Assembly (NCBI GenBank): GCA_030295235.1
Contig: AP026146.1
Location: 682,001 to 746,000 of the forward strand
Source: Fistulifera solaris
Taxonomy: Eukaryota
Direction: 5' to 3'
Length of the DNA: 64,000 bases
Below the pieces are notes generated by a model. It had not been told where the DNA came from and did no database searches. It was given only the letters and a program-made list of their open reading frames with translations. The position numbers and the translations under genes are program-made. Of the stretch, positions 52,597 through 64,000 are shown piece by piece; positions within the stretch are counted from its first letter, which is position 1; every line of letters starts with the position of its first letter.

Positions 52597-55250
52597 ATGA
52601 ACACAACGATGAAAGGCTATCCTTGTCAAGAACATCAGCTTTGTGAGAAAGATGCATCGAATGAGAAAGCTGCTTCCACAAACGTATTTACTCTGCTGAA
52701 ACCCAAAAAATGGTCGAAAGCTCGCGTAATAACAGAAACCGAGTCGGAAGCAACAGTGCAAATCTTTGACAAAAGCAACAATGGCGTTTCAATTCAAACG
52801 ATATCGTTGAAAGATTATCCGCATCAGCGTTTGCCTTTGCAAAATGTAAACGTGTACGATGATTTGATTGATCTACCCTTTCTTCACGAGGTAAGTACAA
52901 ACGCAAATACCAGTTGATGTATATAGCTCCAATTCTCACACGACTATCTTGACGCTATTCGTAGCCCGGAGTCCTGTGGAATCTACGGTCGCGTCACGCA
53001 AATTGTCATCCTTACACGCGATCGGGTCCGAACGTGTTGATTGCTGTCAATCCGTATCAATGGCTGTCGCAATTGTACCCTCCAAAACAGCAAGAACGCT
53101 ATCGTCATTTGACGAACGAAAGGCTTCCTCCGCACGTTTACGAAACTGCACAGCAAGCCTACCACGGTTTGTCACAACAAAATCAGAGCATTCTCGTTTC
53201 GGGTGAATCCGGAGCCGGAAAGACAGAAACAGTAAAGTTGTGCATGCGTTTCCTTTCCCAGTACGGAGATTCAAAGATCACCGACCGTCTCTTGTATGCC
53301 AATCCAGTATTGGAAGCCTTCGGGAACGCCGCAACCAAACGCAACGACAACAGTAGTCGTTTTGGAAAGTATTTGACTTTACAGTTTGATGCCAATTGTC
53401 AATTAGTGGGCGGTCGTTGTGACATCTATTTGCTAGAGAAAAGCCTTGTCGTAGGAGCAGCCCTTGGAGAGCGAAACTTTCACATTCTGCATCAAATCGC
53501 GGTAGCCGGTACTTTGACGAATGTAACGAGTCCGTGTGCCGAGTTCAAGTGTAAACCGCGATAAAGTTTCGAGTACTTTACTTCGCCTTTGTTCTAGTTC
53601 GATGAATCAACCGCATGGCGCGATTGCAAGGGATTCCGCAATCCAACATGGTGAAAAACACGGTGCTGTTCAAGTTCAGCAAACAGCTAGCGGCTCTCAT
53701 GAAGTCGTTGAACAGCACACGCACACAATACATTCGATGCATCAAGCCATTACAAGGAGCCTCTGAAAGTGGAAGATGGAGTCATGCTTCGTCAGCTTCA
53801 ATCCAGCGGTGTCGTAGCAGCCGTTACAACCGCCAGATCTTCCTTTCCTTACCGAATAGACCACTGCAAGATCCTGCAAAGATTTCGATGCTTTGGTGCA
53901 CGTCTTAATGCTTCCGCACCAACAAAGGTGCAAGTCATGTGCTTGCTAGTGATCGCCATGCGAGACTACAAGGGGTCTTGCGACGAAAAATTTTCTGACG
54001 CAGTCATGGTGGGAAGAACTCGAGCCTATTTTCGATTTAACGCCCTGGAATACCTGGAGCACAAGCGAAACATTAACGTTGCGTTCTTCGTTTTTTTAAT
54101 CCAAAGTCAATTCAGGGGTTTTGTTATTCGTCGTGACACGGCAAGGCAACACATCGCGGCTACACGAATTGCTAGCTGCGTACGATCATTTCAAGCCAGA
54201 ACACGCGTGAAGATGATGCCTGGTAGCGCACAACGCATTCAGCACTGGTATCGCTCTCACAAAGACCGTCGCCAAAACTGCATCAAAGTGAACGGGGAAA
54301 AGGTGATAGAGATGAATTGTATCAGATCTCCGTCGTGTGCCAGTCAAAATCATTGCCATTTCGCGGCAGTTAAAATTCAGCAAGTTGTTCGCCGCTTCGC
54401 TCAAAGGGATAGCTTGCAAGCATTTGCAAAGCAACAAGAAGCTAGAGGTGTGGACACAAAATGTTCGAATAGCCTTTGTCAAGTCGCAGCAATTCTTTGT
54501 ACGACCCGGCTTGGAAGTCTGACCTCGGTGTTGATTGAATCCGAGAGCGCGATCGAAACCAAACCAGCAGACCGACGTTTCTCTCGGCAGCACACAATAT
54601 AAAAGATAGAGAACATGAAACTCCGAGACGAGATCAATCGTCTTCAGGCGAGAAAAAAGGAGTTGATATTGGAAAATGATTTGATCAATGCTGAGAATGA
54701 TCAGTTTCAATCCGATAACGAGGGTCTACGAAAAGAGCTTCACTCCATCAGAAGCGAGATACCCTCGTCGTCTTTCTCGCAAACCGAGAACCGTCTTTTG
54801 ATAAGTCCAGTTGAATACAGTTTCGATCCCAACAACATTGATACGACAAAAGAAACTTCTGACGTTTCATCATGCTTTTCTTTCATCGATACGCGCACTA
54901 AAACATCCTTACGGACCTCGTCGCTGGGCGTGAGTGCTGGCGACACGCCAAAGATTCGACGAAGATCCAATTTCTTCAAGTCGACGACTCTGTATACACC
55001 ATCATTGGAATCATCTGCTCCTCAAACGGAGATGAGCAATATTGAGAAAAAGGATCATGCTCTGAAACAGGACTATAAAAGACAGCTAGAGCGCAACCGT
55101 AGTCTGACCGAAACCAACGAAAGCATGCAAACTGTTCTGTTTGAATTGAATAAGGGAATCGGTCAGCTGAGTAAAATGAATCACGACCTTCGAGAAGTCA
55201 TCCATCACTATCGCTCCATTTTGCCGACTATTCGAACGACCGACATCTAG
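52597..55250 (+). CDS. Myosin-derived gene with internally deleted motor domain, IQ motifs and coiled-coil tail (possibly pseudogene); intron 52891-52964
   Basis: DDLIDLPFLHE|PGVLWNL, LIAVNPY, GESGAGKT, NPVLEAFGNAATKRNDNSSRFGK and ERNFHI, then almost directly QLAALMKSLN.T..YIRCIKP. IQ-like IQSQFRGF, IQHWYR and IQQVVRRF. Confidence 0.8.
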
Positions 55251-56179
55251 AACGGCTGGTGTCCGTGCCTGTCAAGCTAGAGCATGCCGAACGTTCTGTG
55301 AATAGCGCCACTAGTGTTTCGGACAGCACACTAGCAAGTCAATAGTCAATCTTCTCCCTTATTTAACAAAAAAGCACATTTCACATTCAACCCGGCCGCA
55401 GCGAAAGCGATTTTCGGAGTCAAGCGGTGGAAAGAGTAGTTTCTGCTGTAGAGACGATCACAGCTTACAATTTGTGATAGCATGTCTTTTTATCCCCTTC
55501 TAACGTTTGATTTTGCCCGAAACTCTCCTCAAAACGTCTCTATTTTGCAGGATTGACAGAGCGTTCTGGGAAACGAGCCATATGCAGCACTTATATATAG
55601 TGTTCAATTTTCCGACCGGGGTTAAAATCCAAAAAGGGTTTAGTTGATAAAATGATCATCTCCTTGCGCAAGTGTTTTTATTGTTTGCTATTTCTCATGG
55701 TGTCATCTAGCTAGTCGATACTGCGGCCAGTCCAATCTCGCTGCGCGCTGGTTGTGTTATGTCAGTGTCCTTGACGCGCCGATCAGGTGATTGTTTTGGT
55801 GAATGAATGATAATAATTATGTTTGATTTTCTCCGCAACTAGTATTGGAGTTTGTGCGCAACGCGTCTACTTGCCGCGTCGAAGTCGCATCGCATATCGT
55901 GCGTTATTTTTCGATGCCTCATCGTGAGGCTTCGCTACTGACTATAACGAATACTGTAGTCTGTTACTTACATCGAAAAAATTCCTACGAGGCCTACGTG
56001 AAACACGCGTGAACGTTCGATGCCTTGCATCTTTCCTGGTTTCTTCACTTTGAGTCGACTTGATGTCGACTTGTAAGTTGTACGGTAAGGTTGCTGCGTC
56101 GGAGATAAGGTGACAGTCACTTTTGTTGGAGAAGAACTTTTGTCATAAAGAATTCAAATGCTAAGTATCGGTACATTAT

Positions 56180-56372
56180 TCCGTTTCCAGAAATTCTGGA
56201 GTCCGCACTTTCATTTGTTTTGATCCAGAACACCGTATCCAGAATTTCTGAAACCCGCACTTTCTTTTGTTTTGATCCAAAGCACCGTCTCAAGAATTTC
56301 TGGAACGTGCACAGTATGTCGGTAGGATCGAAAAAACTGGTCCAGAATTTCTGGACCACCACCGAATTTCTG
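56180..56372. repeat. Array of near-palindromic CCAGAAWTTCTGG motifs within ~52-bp tandem units
   Basis: TCCAGAAATTCTGGA ~56186, TCCAGAATTTCTGA ~56238, TCAAGAATTTCTGGA ~56290, GGTCCAGAATTTCTGGACC ~56339. Confidence 0.8.
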
Positions 56373-56870
56373 TATGTTAATGAATTATTTGATGTCGGTT
56401 ACTGTATATTGATTTATGGTAGCTACGTTGGTGATAAGGCGAACGCTACTGTAGACTACTTTCGTTGCAAAGTGACTCGATTTTAATGCTAAATGCCTAA
56501 ATCATTTCCGGGAACCCCCTACATCGACAAATTTCCTACGACTGCTAGGTGAAATCGACGTAGACATTCGAAGCGTTTAATCTTTCATCTTTTTTGCTTT
56601 TTTGGTCTATTTTGAAATTTTACTAGTGTTTCTTAGCCTGTCTTAATTAGAATGATGAGAGTGAATTGACGTTGTTGCAAATCCGGCTCGATACTGGATA
56701 AATACTTAACAATTATAGTGACTATCGTTCGGATTGTAAGCGACTTTTTCACGACTGCATTATTTCAGTCATGAATTTAAGTCTCGTCCGAGCTCCGAGC
56801 CCCTAACAACTGCGGGATCACTACTTTGTTATTTCCCCTCTTATTGCCTTTTGTTTTAACCGACTTATTG

Positions 56871-57040
56871 CACATCCCCACACTATCTGTGCACGTGAAA
56901 AACTGCATCCCCACATTTTCTGTGCATGGGAAACGCCGCATCCCCACATTTTCAGTGGACGTGGAATCACCGCACTCCCACATTTTCTGTGCACGTGAAA
57001 AACCACAAGCCCCACATTTTCTGTGCACGTGAAAACACTG
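56871..57040 (+). repeat. Minisatellite array (about 5 units of ~30 bp), CCCCACATTTTCTGTGCACGTGAAAA
   Basis: Units read directly. Same family as 19461-19670. Confidence 0.9.
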
Positions 57041-57048
57041 AACTCTCA

Positions 57049-57240
57049 GGGCCATTTCTAACCGGAAGTTTCGTATTCGCATTTTCGCATTTTGCGTTCG
57101 TATCCAAGGTTTTACGGAGAAAGCGACAGACGATAACTTCTCTATTTTTCATTTCTCTTCCGTTTGGGCAAATTGGGCAAGTGTGGGAGCACGCGAAACA
57201 CGAAAACACGAAATACGAAACTTCCGGTTAGAAATGAGCC
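57049..57240. mobile_element. MITE-like element, ~192 bp
   Basis: Perfect inverted core CATTTCTAACCGGAAGTTTCGTATT / AATACGAAACTTCCGGTTAGAAATG with GG termini and subterminal CGAAA(A)CA repeats. No clean TSD. Confidence 0.8.
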
Positions 57241-57779
57241 ACTGCAGGATCGTTGCTCCGTAGTTTGATTTTCCCTGTTTCCCTAATATTGCCTTTGCTA
57301 TTCATCCTCTGATTGTTAGATGGATGCACGGATGCACGGCAAGAGCCATGCTGGTAGTTTCATTTTCAAGAATTGCTGCGATTGACGACGCACAAAGTGA
57401 AGGATCATTATTTTACGGATTCTACCTGAGACCGATGTCATAATATGTGATGGGTGATGGCCCTTGTTCTTGCTGCAACTTCGTGAAGGCGACCAATTTC
57501 TATGAAGTAGGCCCGTCCAGTCTGCCATCAGTCTTAGGAACCAACGAACGTTTCATTTGCATTCTCATAGTTAGAGAGGAAGTCGAATTTTCCGTTCTAT
57601 CCGAAACTATGAGTATTTATCACTTCACGACAAATAGAAACGAATGGTTTTTTGAGTGACAAGCTTGTTTCCCTCTTGATGAAGTCAGGGATTGGCAATA
57701 TCCGATTGATCATCCAGGACCGAGAAACATAGGACCGGTCTGCCTTCAACGCGATCGTTCCATTTTTTAAGCGTATCAA

Positions 57780-58849
57780 ATGATACAGTCGGGCATCGTG
57801 GAAAGCTCAATGGTGTCAAACAAATCCTCTGAGAAACATCCTTCAAGTATCAACATGACTCGAATGCAGTCTAAAGTGGATGATTCAGCGAGCCCCCAGG
57901 AGGTGCACATGTTCGACGTTTCGATGCCGCCTGTTCAAAAGTACGCAGCACCTTCGAAAACAGAAAAACAAACAAAACTACACTGCAAGAAAAGAAACAA
58001 CGGGCGGAAGAGCTACTTCGTCAACGAGTTGCTAAAGCGTGCAAGAAACTAGACATGAACCAGTATTCTGACGAGCAACCGGGCCATCGGTTGGAACCTG
58101 ATGTAGGAGTTTTCGACGGGCAATGGAGCCTGACGCGCTCAAGGAAAAGCTAGAGTTATTGAAAAAGGAATTTATTGCACATCGGACAGAGAAACGGATA
58201 CTGAGATGCCAAATAACGAACTTAACTTTGACAGCAGAGACGAGTATCGAGCCGCCAGCATTGGATTCTTCAAAGCAGCAAAAGATACTAAATCAAAGAA
58301 GCGTTTTCTTGGTTTCAGCGTCAACTCATCGTTTATCTTCTCAATATGGCAAGGAAAAACTCGATCTGCCTCCAAGTCTCGGATTCAGAAGAGGGGTCGG
58401 TGGTCGTTATCGTGTCGTCCAACAAGTACATTGACTCCGACATCGCCCGCTTTCTTGTCTCAATAGATCGTCAAACAAATAATGAGATCATTCTTTCGTC
58501 GCAACTGGAATGGGATGAAGTTCGAAAGATTTATCACGAGTTATTTAAATGTGATGCATCAAGCAGATGGAACGTGGCGGAACTCAATCAACAAGTTTTC
58601 ATTCTGCAAAGATAAAATGACGAATTGCTCCAATCTTTGGGTCGCTATTGCGAGCAACAAACTTCAAGCATTACGGAACCGGCACTACCTTTAAATGTTA
58701 CGATAAATCGGGCCTCTTGCTATTGCGGTGTCAACGGTGATGAAGAACTTTGGAATGCCTTACAACAAAATGGCGACGATCTTTCGGAGCTAATTGATTT
58801 TCCTGTCGCGGCTTTAGCATTCACTCCTATTGAACGTATTGACTTGTAG
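57780..58849 (+). CDS. Hypothetical protein, fragmented by frameshifts
   Basis: Chain of same-strand ORFs (57780, 58123, 58346, 58625) with protein-like composition. No family recognised. Confidence 0.35.
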
Positions 58850-59047
58850 ATGGACTCGTCGTAACGTCGTGACTGCAAACGAAATGATATTATTTCAGAA
58901 CGCTAATTACTCTCTTCTATAGTGGTCAAAGCAACATAAATAAAAAAGTTAAGTTTTTTCCTCTGTGCTTACTTTACTGTTCATTATTTACTAACTTATT
59001 GCGCTTTACTGAAAGGTACCATCTCTCCACTGGTGGCTACCTCTCAT

Positions 59048-60689
59048 TCAGATTAGAACTCTTCTTGGCGAAGGAATTTCAATAGCTATACGGCGTTGTT
59101 CCTCCGAATCTTGTTCGACTTCATCTCGGCTCTCAGTGCACGCATTAGCTTCTGCTCGCGAGGTGAACGGTGTCGACATAGCCTTGCGTTTCAACGGATT
59201 CGCAGAAACGGTCGGTTCGGTGACTGTCGCACCCGCGGGCAAATTGACGCGAAACAAAGCAATTGCCGCCTGCAAATGTTTGTTCTCGGCTTCCAAACGC
59301 TCAATTTCAATATCTTTTTTCTGCAAAGCGTTGCTCAAACGTCGATTTTTCTCCTTCTCGTTGGCCACATCGGAATCTTTCTTTAGCAAGAATGAGCTCA
59401 GACGTTGATTCGCTTCTTTGGCTTGAGCCAACTGTTCTTGACACTGCTTTAATTCGCGCTGCATGTACTGGTTGTGACTCTGCAATTCCGTTGCCGGTTG
59501 CTCTCTATTTGGACCTTCCATTTGCTTGTGCACACCTTGCTGCTCATCCTTTTGGTTGTTCTGGGTCTCCCACAAAGTACGAGGAGACACGTGCAAGTTG
59601 GTCGTTTCGGCAAAGGAGCGACGCGGAGTGGCGGAAAAAGGTGTCGGAAGATCACTGTCGGTGTCCGTCGTCTTTCTCTTTTTATAAGCTGGCGAGAGAA
59701 ACTGCGTCTGCTGCTCCGGAGATAGTAAGATATCACTGCTACGACGACTGAAAGGAACATCGAGCTGCGGATAGTTCTTTTCCAATAGGCCAAAAACGAC
59801 GACAAGCTGCAAATGGGCTGTTGTTCCATATCATCGAGAGGTTCCGCTTTCATACTTCCTTCTAAACTCTTTACCAATTCCCAACCGCGTTCATGGCAAA
59901 ACAGCTCATACAATCCTTTCTTGGTGGTCGTCGATCGGAGAACAAAAGAAGGTTCAGTGTCTTCACTATCTTCCTCACTGTTACTGGAAGTCGAATGCAT
60001 TTCCGCTTGCGTCAACTGATGCTCAAAGAATGTTTCTAAAGCAGCAGCAATGCTTTCATCCAAGGCATTCCCCGAGTTCGATCGTCTCGCACCATGTTGT
60101 GGCATGATCTTGTCATCGACATGTTTGCAATCATCCGCACACTTGAGACAATGGGCCCACACATGACGGGAGAAGCCTAGAAGCGTCAACAAGGCACTGG
60201 AACATATCATGACCTCTTCCTCACCGGGTAAGGCGAATTTACAATGTTCCCTGTCGGCATTGTCTGTGTTACTGACAATAGTACTACTACCGATGCCGAG
60301 TCGCTTGGACTGTTGAATGCGATGGGTGAGAAGAACCGTCTGATCTTTTCGTGTCGTCTGATAGAGAAAGTCCAGTAGATAGTCGGCCACACGCTCCCGG
60401 ATATCATCTTTGGTTAGATTGGTTGCCAAGCATGAACATTGCAACAAGATACTACCACCACGCAATACATTCTTGCATTTCGGTTGATCCTTAGCCACAA
60501 ACTGCAAGTACTCATCAATACGTGTGCGTAGGTCTTCACGAGTCCATGTTTTGCGATGCAAGTTCCACAGCTTTTTAGGGTGTTTCATCGTCTGTGTTGA
60601 TGGCGAAGGAGTTGAACTGAGACTGACTCGTTGACTCGAAGTCGGCAACTTTTTGTTGTAGAAGCTTTGTTTCTCCTCTACGTTGCTCA
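59048..60689 (-). CDS. Hypothetical protein: Cys-containing transposase-N-terminus-like region plus coiled-coil tail; frameshift near 59778
   Basis: CSCL..., ICSSALLTLLGFS..W, TTKKGLYELFC..RGW and CSLSSFLAYWK.NYPQL, then a heptad region. Confidence 0.5.
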
Positions 60690-61245
60690 TCACAAAGTTG
60701 TGATACAATAAACCGTAGAGCGATCGACCTGCTCTTACTATCTATTCCGAAAAGTCGGTTTGCTTTCTATTCGTAAGCCAGCAGCGACAAGAGAAACAAC
60801 AAGTGAGCTTTCTCAGCAATACAAAGTAGAAAGGCGAGCAACGGTTTTGTGGCGATGGCCGAACATCGCCTTTTTCGAAAAGGAGCGATCGATCTCCAAC
60901 GTTTTTGTTTGGCGATAACTGGAAAGACACTCTAATATCAAAGTGTACTTCCTTTATGTCCGGACTCGTTAACGTGTGTACCGGTTCGCCGCACAAGTGG
61001 ACTCTAAGACAAATACCTGGTACGGAATGATGTTTTGATGACCAACTCGAACTCTAAAAGAAATGAGAGCTCGCGACCTCTGTTTTTGTGTTGCGTTGCG
61101 CATGCACTACCAGGTACCGGTACCAGGTATGCTGGTCTGCTACGTAGTATAATGTTCTTTCGTCTTCATCACCAATAATGAGCTTCATCATTCATCGTAT
61201 TGACCCTCCAAGACGGACGATTTCCATCATTAATAGATTAGACGA

Positions 61246-62319
61246 ATGGAAGAAGCCTTTAAGTTTATTGAGCGAGGCAATCAAGCTCTCGACGCGACGA
61301 ACTATTGGCAGGCATCGCATTGTTATTGTCAAGCCTTTCAACAGTTGCATTCCTTGAGTGTATCATCGGCGGTAACACCCGATATAGCAGATTTGTGTCG
61401 AATTCAAAGCTTAGAATACAAACATAAATCACGGGTTTATTTTTTACGAGCTTTACAGCAGCAACAAGAGGAGCAGGCGGAGCAGAATCCTAGTAGCGAC
61501 GACAAAGTCCATCAAGAACGCCTTCAACTGTTTGCGCATCTATACGCCGACCCAAAGCTACTCAACAAAAATACACCTTCTTCGACTACAACAACACTGA
61601 ACGACCTATCGTTACGACTGCAAGCGCTACACGCATTTCAGATACCGAATCAATCCAAAACGAAACTAGAAGAACTCAATGCTGGTTTGCGTCGATTGGG
61701 ACTACAACCGGTGACTTCACTCGAGGATACGAGAAAACAGTATGTGAGCAACGAATGGCTGCATGATGAGTCGAATCAAACACCCGATGAACAACTGGAT
61801 GTGTTATTGCGACAAGTTCAAGAGCAAGAGCAGATAGTTGGGACGAGAGATCATACGGATACTGATGCTCACGACAAGAAGGGCGACGACGATTCTTCAT
61901 TGGACGAAGAAAATCAAGTGATTCAACTTTTACAACAAGTTCAAGATGAACAAGCGCTGAATGGTGATGAGATTGGTTGCAACAATGATGAGAGCTCATC
62001 TTTAGCTCAAATTGTTGAAACGGACGGATTCGGTGACGAACCAACTCGACACGAAGAAATAGAACAGGCCATTCCAATGTCGACAAAGACTGCGGCAAAA
62101 GTCATGAAGGATACACTCGAGGCTGAGCTTCTGTTAACACAAGTCCTTGCTTTGTTGGAAAAAGATGAGGAAGATGAGCTTGAGCGATTAAACAATTCAA
62201 CCAACGATTCCTATGCGGATGGGGTAGTCGTACGGAAGCTACTTCGACAAGCATACTCTATACTGCGCCGCGCCAAACAAAATGCAAGACGCGATGATGA
62301 CAAGAACAATGAAGTTTAG
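61246..62319 (+). CDS. Hypothetical helical protein (MIT/TPR-like N-terminus)
   Basis: Intact 357-aa ORF beginning MEEAFKFIERGNQALDATNYWQASHCYCQA. Confidence 0.6.
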   Translation: MEEAFKFIERGNQALDATNYWQASHCYCQAFQQLHSLSVSSAVTPDIADLCRIQSLEYKHKSRVYFLRALQQQQEEQAEQNPSSDDKVHQERLQLFAHLYADPKLLNKNTPSSTTTTLNDLSLRLQALHAFQIPNQSKTKLEELNAGLRRLGLQPVTSLEDTRKQYVSNEWLHDESNQTPDEQLDVLLRQVQEQEQIVGTRDHTDTDAHDKKGDDDSSLDEENQVIQLLQQVQDEQALNGDEIGCNNDESSSLAQIVETDGFGDEPTRHEEIEQAIPMSTKTAAKVMKDTLEAELLLTQVLALLEKDEEDELERLNNSTNDSYADGVVVRKLLRQAYSILRRAKQNARRDDDKNNEV

Positions 62320-62901
62320 CTAAGACGAATCCGAAATGCGCCATGTTCGGTTGCGAATTGAACTTGGGGAGTGACTCACGCGAGGAAGTTAATAACAACT
62401 TTCAAACTTCCAAATTAAGGAAGGCGCTGTTCCTCAAACAATACCAGGAAGGGGAGACATCCAACACAACTGGTTTTCTGTCCATCTGGCCTACGAACGA
62501 GATCCCACCGTACTGCTCCACGACCGGATGTCAATCATGAGTCATGAGCCACGAGCGACCATTTATTTCATGTATTGTTTCAGCAAAGTGTTTTGCCATG
62601 ATCAATCATTGCTGGCGCCAAGCACTAGTTATACGTAGTAATAGTTTTAGTCGTTTCCTCTTTTCTTACTGCCTCACCCTTTCCAAGGAACAGAGCTGAA
62701 AGAGAGCAGAGAACGGAAGAATAGTTTTCGTCTGTACTGCTATCCGTTCCACTGTCGTCCGTAAAAAACAGAATGAAGAGAAACGACGAAAAAATAAATA
62801 CGACGATGGAAGCCTATTATTTGTAATTGCGATGAAAGTCCTTTTGAAGAGACAGCTAGCTTCGTTAATCAATATTCGCTTGAATAGATAATAGAGAGCT
62901 C

Positions 62902-64000
62902 ATGACGCAATTAGCACCGCAATCGCGCATACGAATGCGTTTTCACGGGTTCTTTTCCTTCTTGATTCTTCTTTGCCTTTCACGGCCTCTTTCAATTCAA
63001 GCATGGTCTATCACACCGACTTCTCGCCCTGTCTTGCAATTTTATAACTCTGAAACACGCGCCAAACAACCCTTGACCAAAGATCCTGCAAAGGACACAA
63101 TTACAATGTACACGTGCGGTCCTACCGTTTACGATTCGGCTCATTTGGGTAACTTTCGCGCTTTCTTAACGTACGATGTCATGAAACGCGTTTTGCAGTA
63201 TTTTGGCTACAAAGTCGAACACGTGTGTAATTTAACCGATGTCGATGACAAGATCATCAAGAAAGCGAACGAAATGAACGCGAAAGATGCCAAGGAGATT
63301 ACATTAATGTACGAACAACGATTTCTGCGAGATTTAGATCGACTCAATATTGTACGAGCGACACATTATCCTCGCGCTACCGACCATATTCCCGAAATGA
63401 TGCAATTGATTACCAATTTACAACAAAATGGATTAGCGTATGAAACAAAGGACGGGTCGTGGTATTTTCGTACGCGGGCGCAGCCCAAGTACGGACAGCG
63501 ATTGGTGCAGAAGAATCAAGGGGACGACGACGACACCACCGTCATCAACAACAGTGATGACGATAACAATACCGACAAGGAACATCCCGCTGATTTTTGT
63601 TTGTGGAAAGCATTCAAGGAAGGCGTCGATCGAGATGATTTGGCGTGGTCATCGACAATGATTTCTCGCGGACGACCGGGATGGCATTTGGAATGCAGTG
63701 CCATGTCACGGAAATTCTTTCCACATACACTGGACTTTCACGGCGGTGGACATGATTTGAAATTTCCGCACCACGAAAATGAAATTGCGCAATCCGAAGG
63801 AGCTTTTCCCGACACATTGCCCTTTTGCAATTGTTGGTTTCACAACGGCTTTGTCACCATTTCCGAGCAAGATACGAAAATGAGTAAAAGCTTGGGCAAC
63901 TTCTTGACACTGGAATCAGCTTGTCCGACACCCTTGCAAGTTCGATCGTATCGTTATTTAGTTGTGACCAGTCAATATCGACAAGATTTGAAATTTACAA
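62902..64000 (+). CDS. cysS: Cysteinyl-tRNA synthetase, organellar (signal/transit leader), 3' partial
   Basis: MYTCGPTVYDSAHLGN, NLTDVDDKII, DFCLWK, GRPGWHLECSAM, HGGGHDLKFPHHENE and KMSKSLGN. Leader ...SIQA-WS. Confidence 0.95.
   Translation, partial: MTQLAPQSRIRMRFHGFFSFLILLCLSRPLSIQAWSITPTSRPVLQFYNSETRAKQPLTKDPAKDTITMYTCGPTVYDSAHLGNFRAFLTYDVMKRVLQYFGYKVEHVCNLTDVDDKIIKKANEMNAKDAKEITLMYEQRFLRDLDRLNIVRATHYPRATDHIPEMMQLITNLQQNGLAYETKDGSWYFRTRAQPKYGQRLVQKNQGDDDDTTVINNSDDDNNTDKEHPADFCLWKAFKEGVDRDDLAWSSTMISRGRPGWHLECSAMSRKFFPHTLDFHGGGHDLKFPHHENEIAQSEGAFPDTLPFCNCWFHNGFVTISEQDTKMSKSLGNFLTLESACPTPLQVRSYRYLVVTSQYRQDLKFT

Noticed and set aside
56180..56372. Heat-shock elements
   Set aside because: Spacing is GAA-N1-TTC rather than GAA-N2-TTC, and the motif is better explained as a relative of the dispersed minisatellite.

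Overview
Compact, intron-containing eukaryotic genomic DNA with short GT-AG introns (mostly 65-120 bp) and about 27 protein genes. Bipartite plastid-targeting leaders and lineage-typical gene families point to a diatom, probably a pennate (inference). Recognisable genes: PX/Nexin_C sorting nexin, a cluster of IQ/coiled-coil paralogs, DUF952, an acetyl-CoA hydrolase-GNAT fusion, plastid heme oxygenase, GH18-CBM14 chitinase, BT1 folate/biopterin transporter, two head-to-head PAS-like proteins, RNA Pol I largest subunit, SPT small subunit, NAPE-PLD, beta-adaptin, DHHC palmitoyltransferase, an internally deleted myosin and organellar CysRS. Many genes, including essential ones, are broken at homopolymer runs, which I read as assembly indels rather than pseudogenes. 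The main non-coding result is a ~950-nt GC-rich, densely base-paired candidate RNA at 50044-51000. It has a 5' C box, a 3' D box, paired ends, a duplicated hairpin with a compensatory change, and a 5' segment complementary to the 3' end (helix 45) of 18S rRNA. Other non-coding results: an intronic box C/D snoRNA in RPA1 predicted to guide 18S Gm1271 (snR40/U32 site); a deleted PIF/Harbinger (Pangu-like) transposon with TIRs and an AGT TSD; a MITE; a dispersed CAGA-N3-TCTG/CACGTG minisatellite family; and an over-represented intergenic palindrome TACCWGGTA. All calls are by eye, and no searches or folding programs were run.
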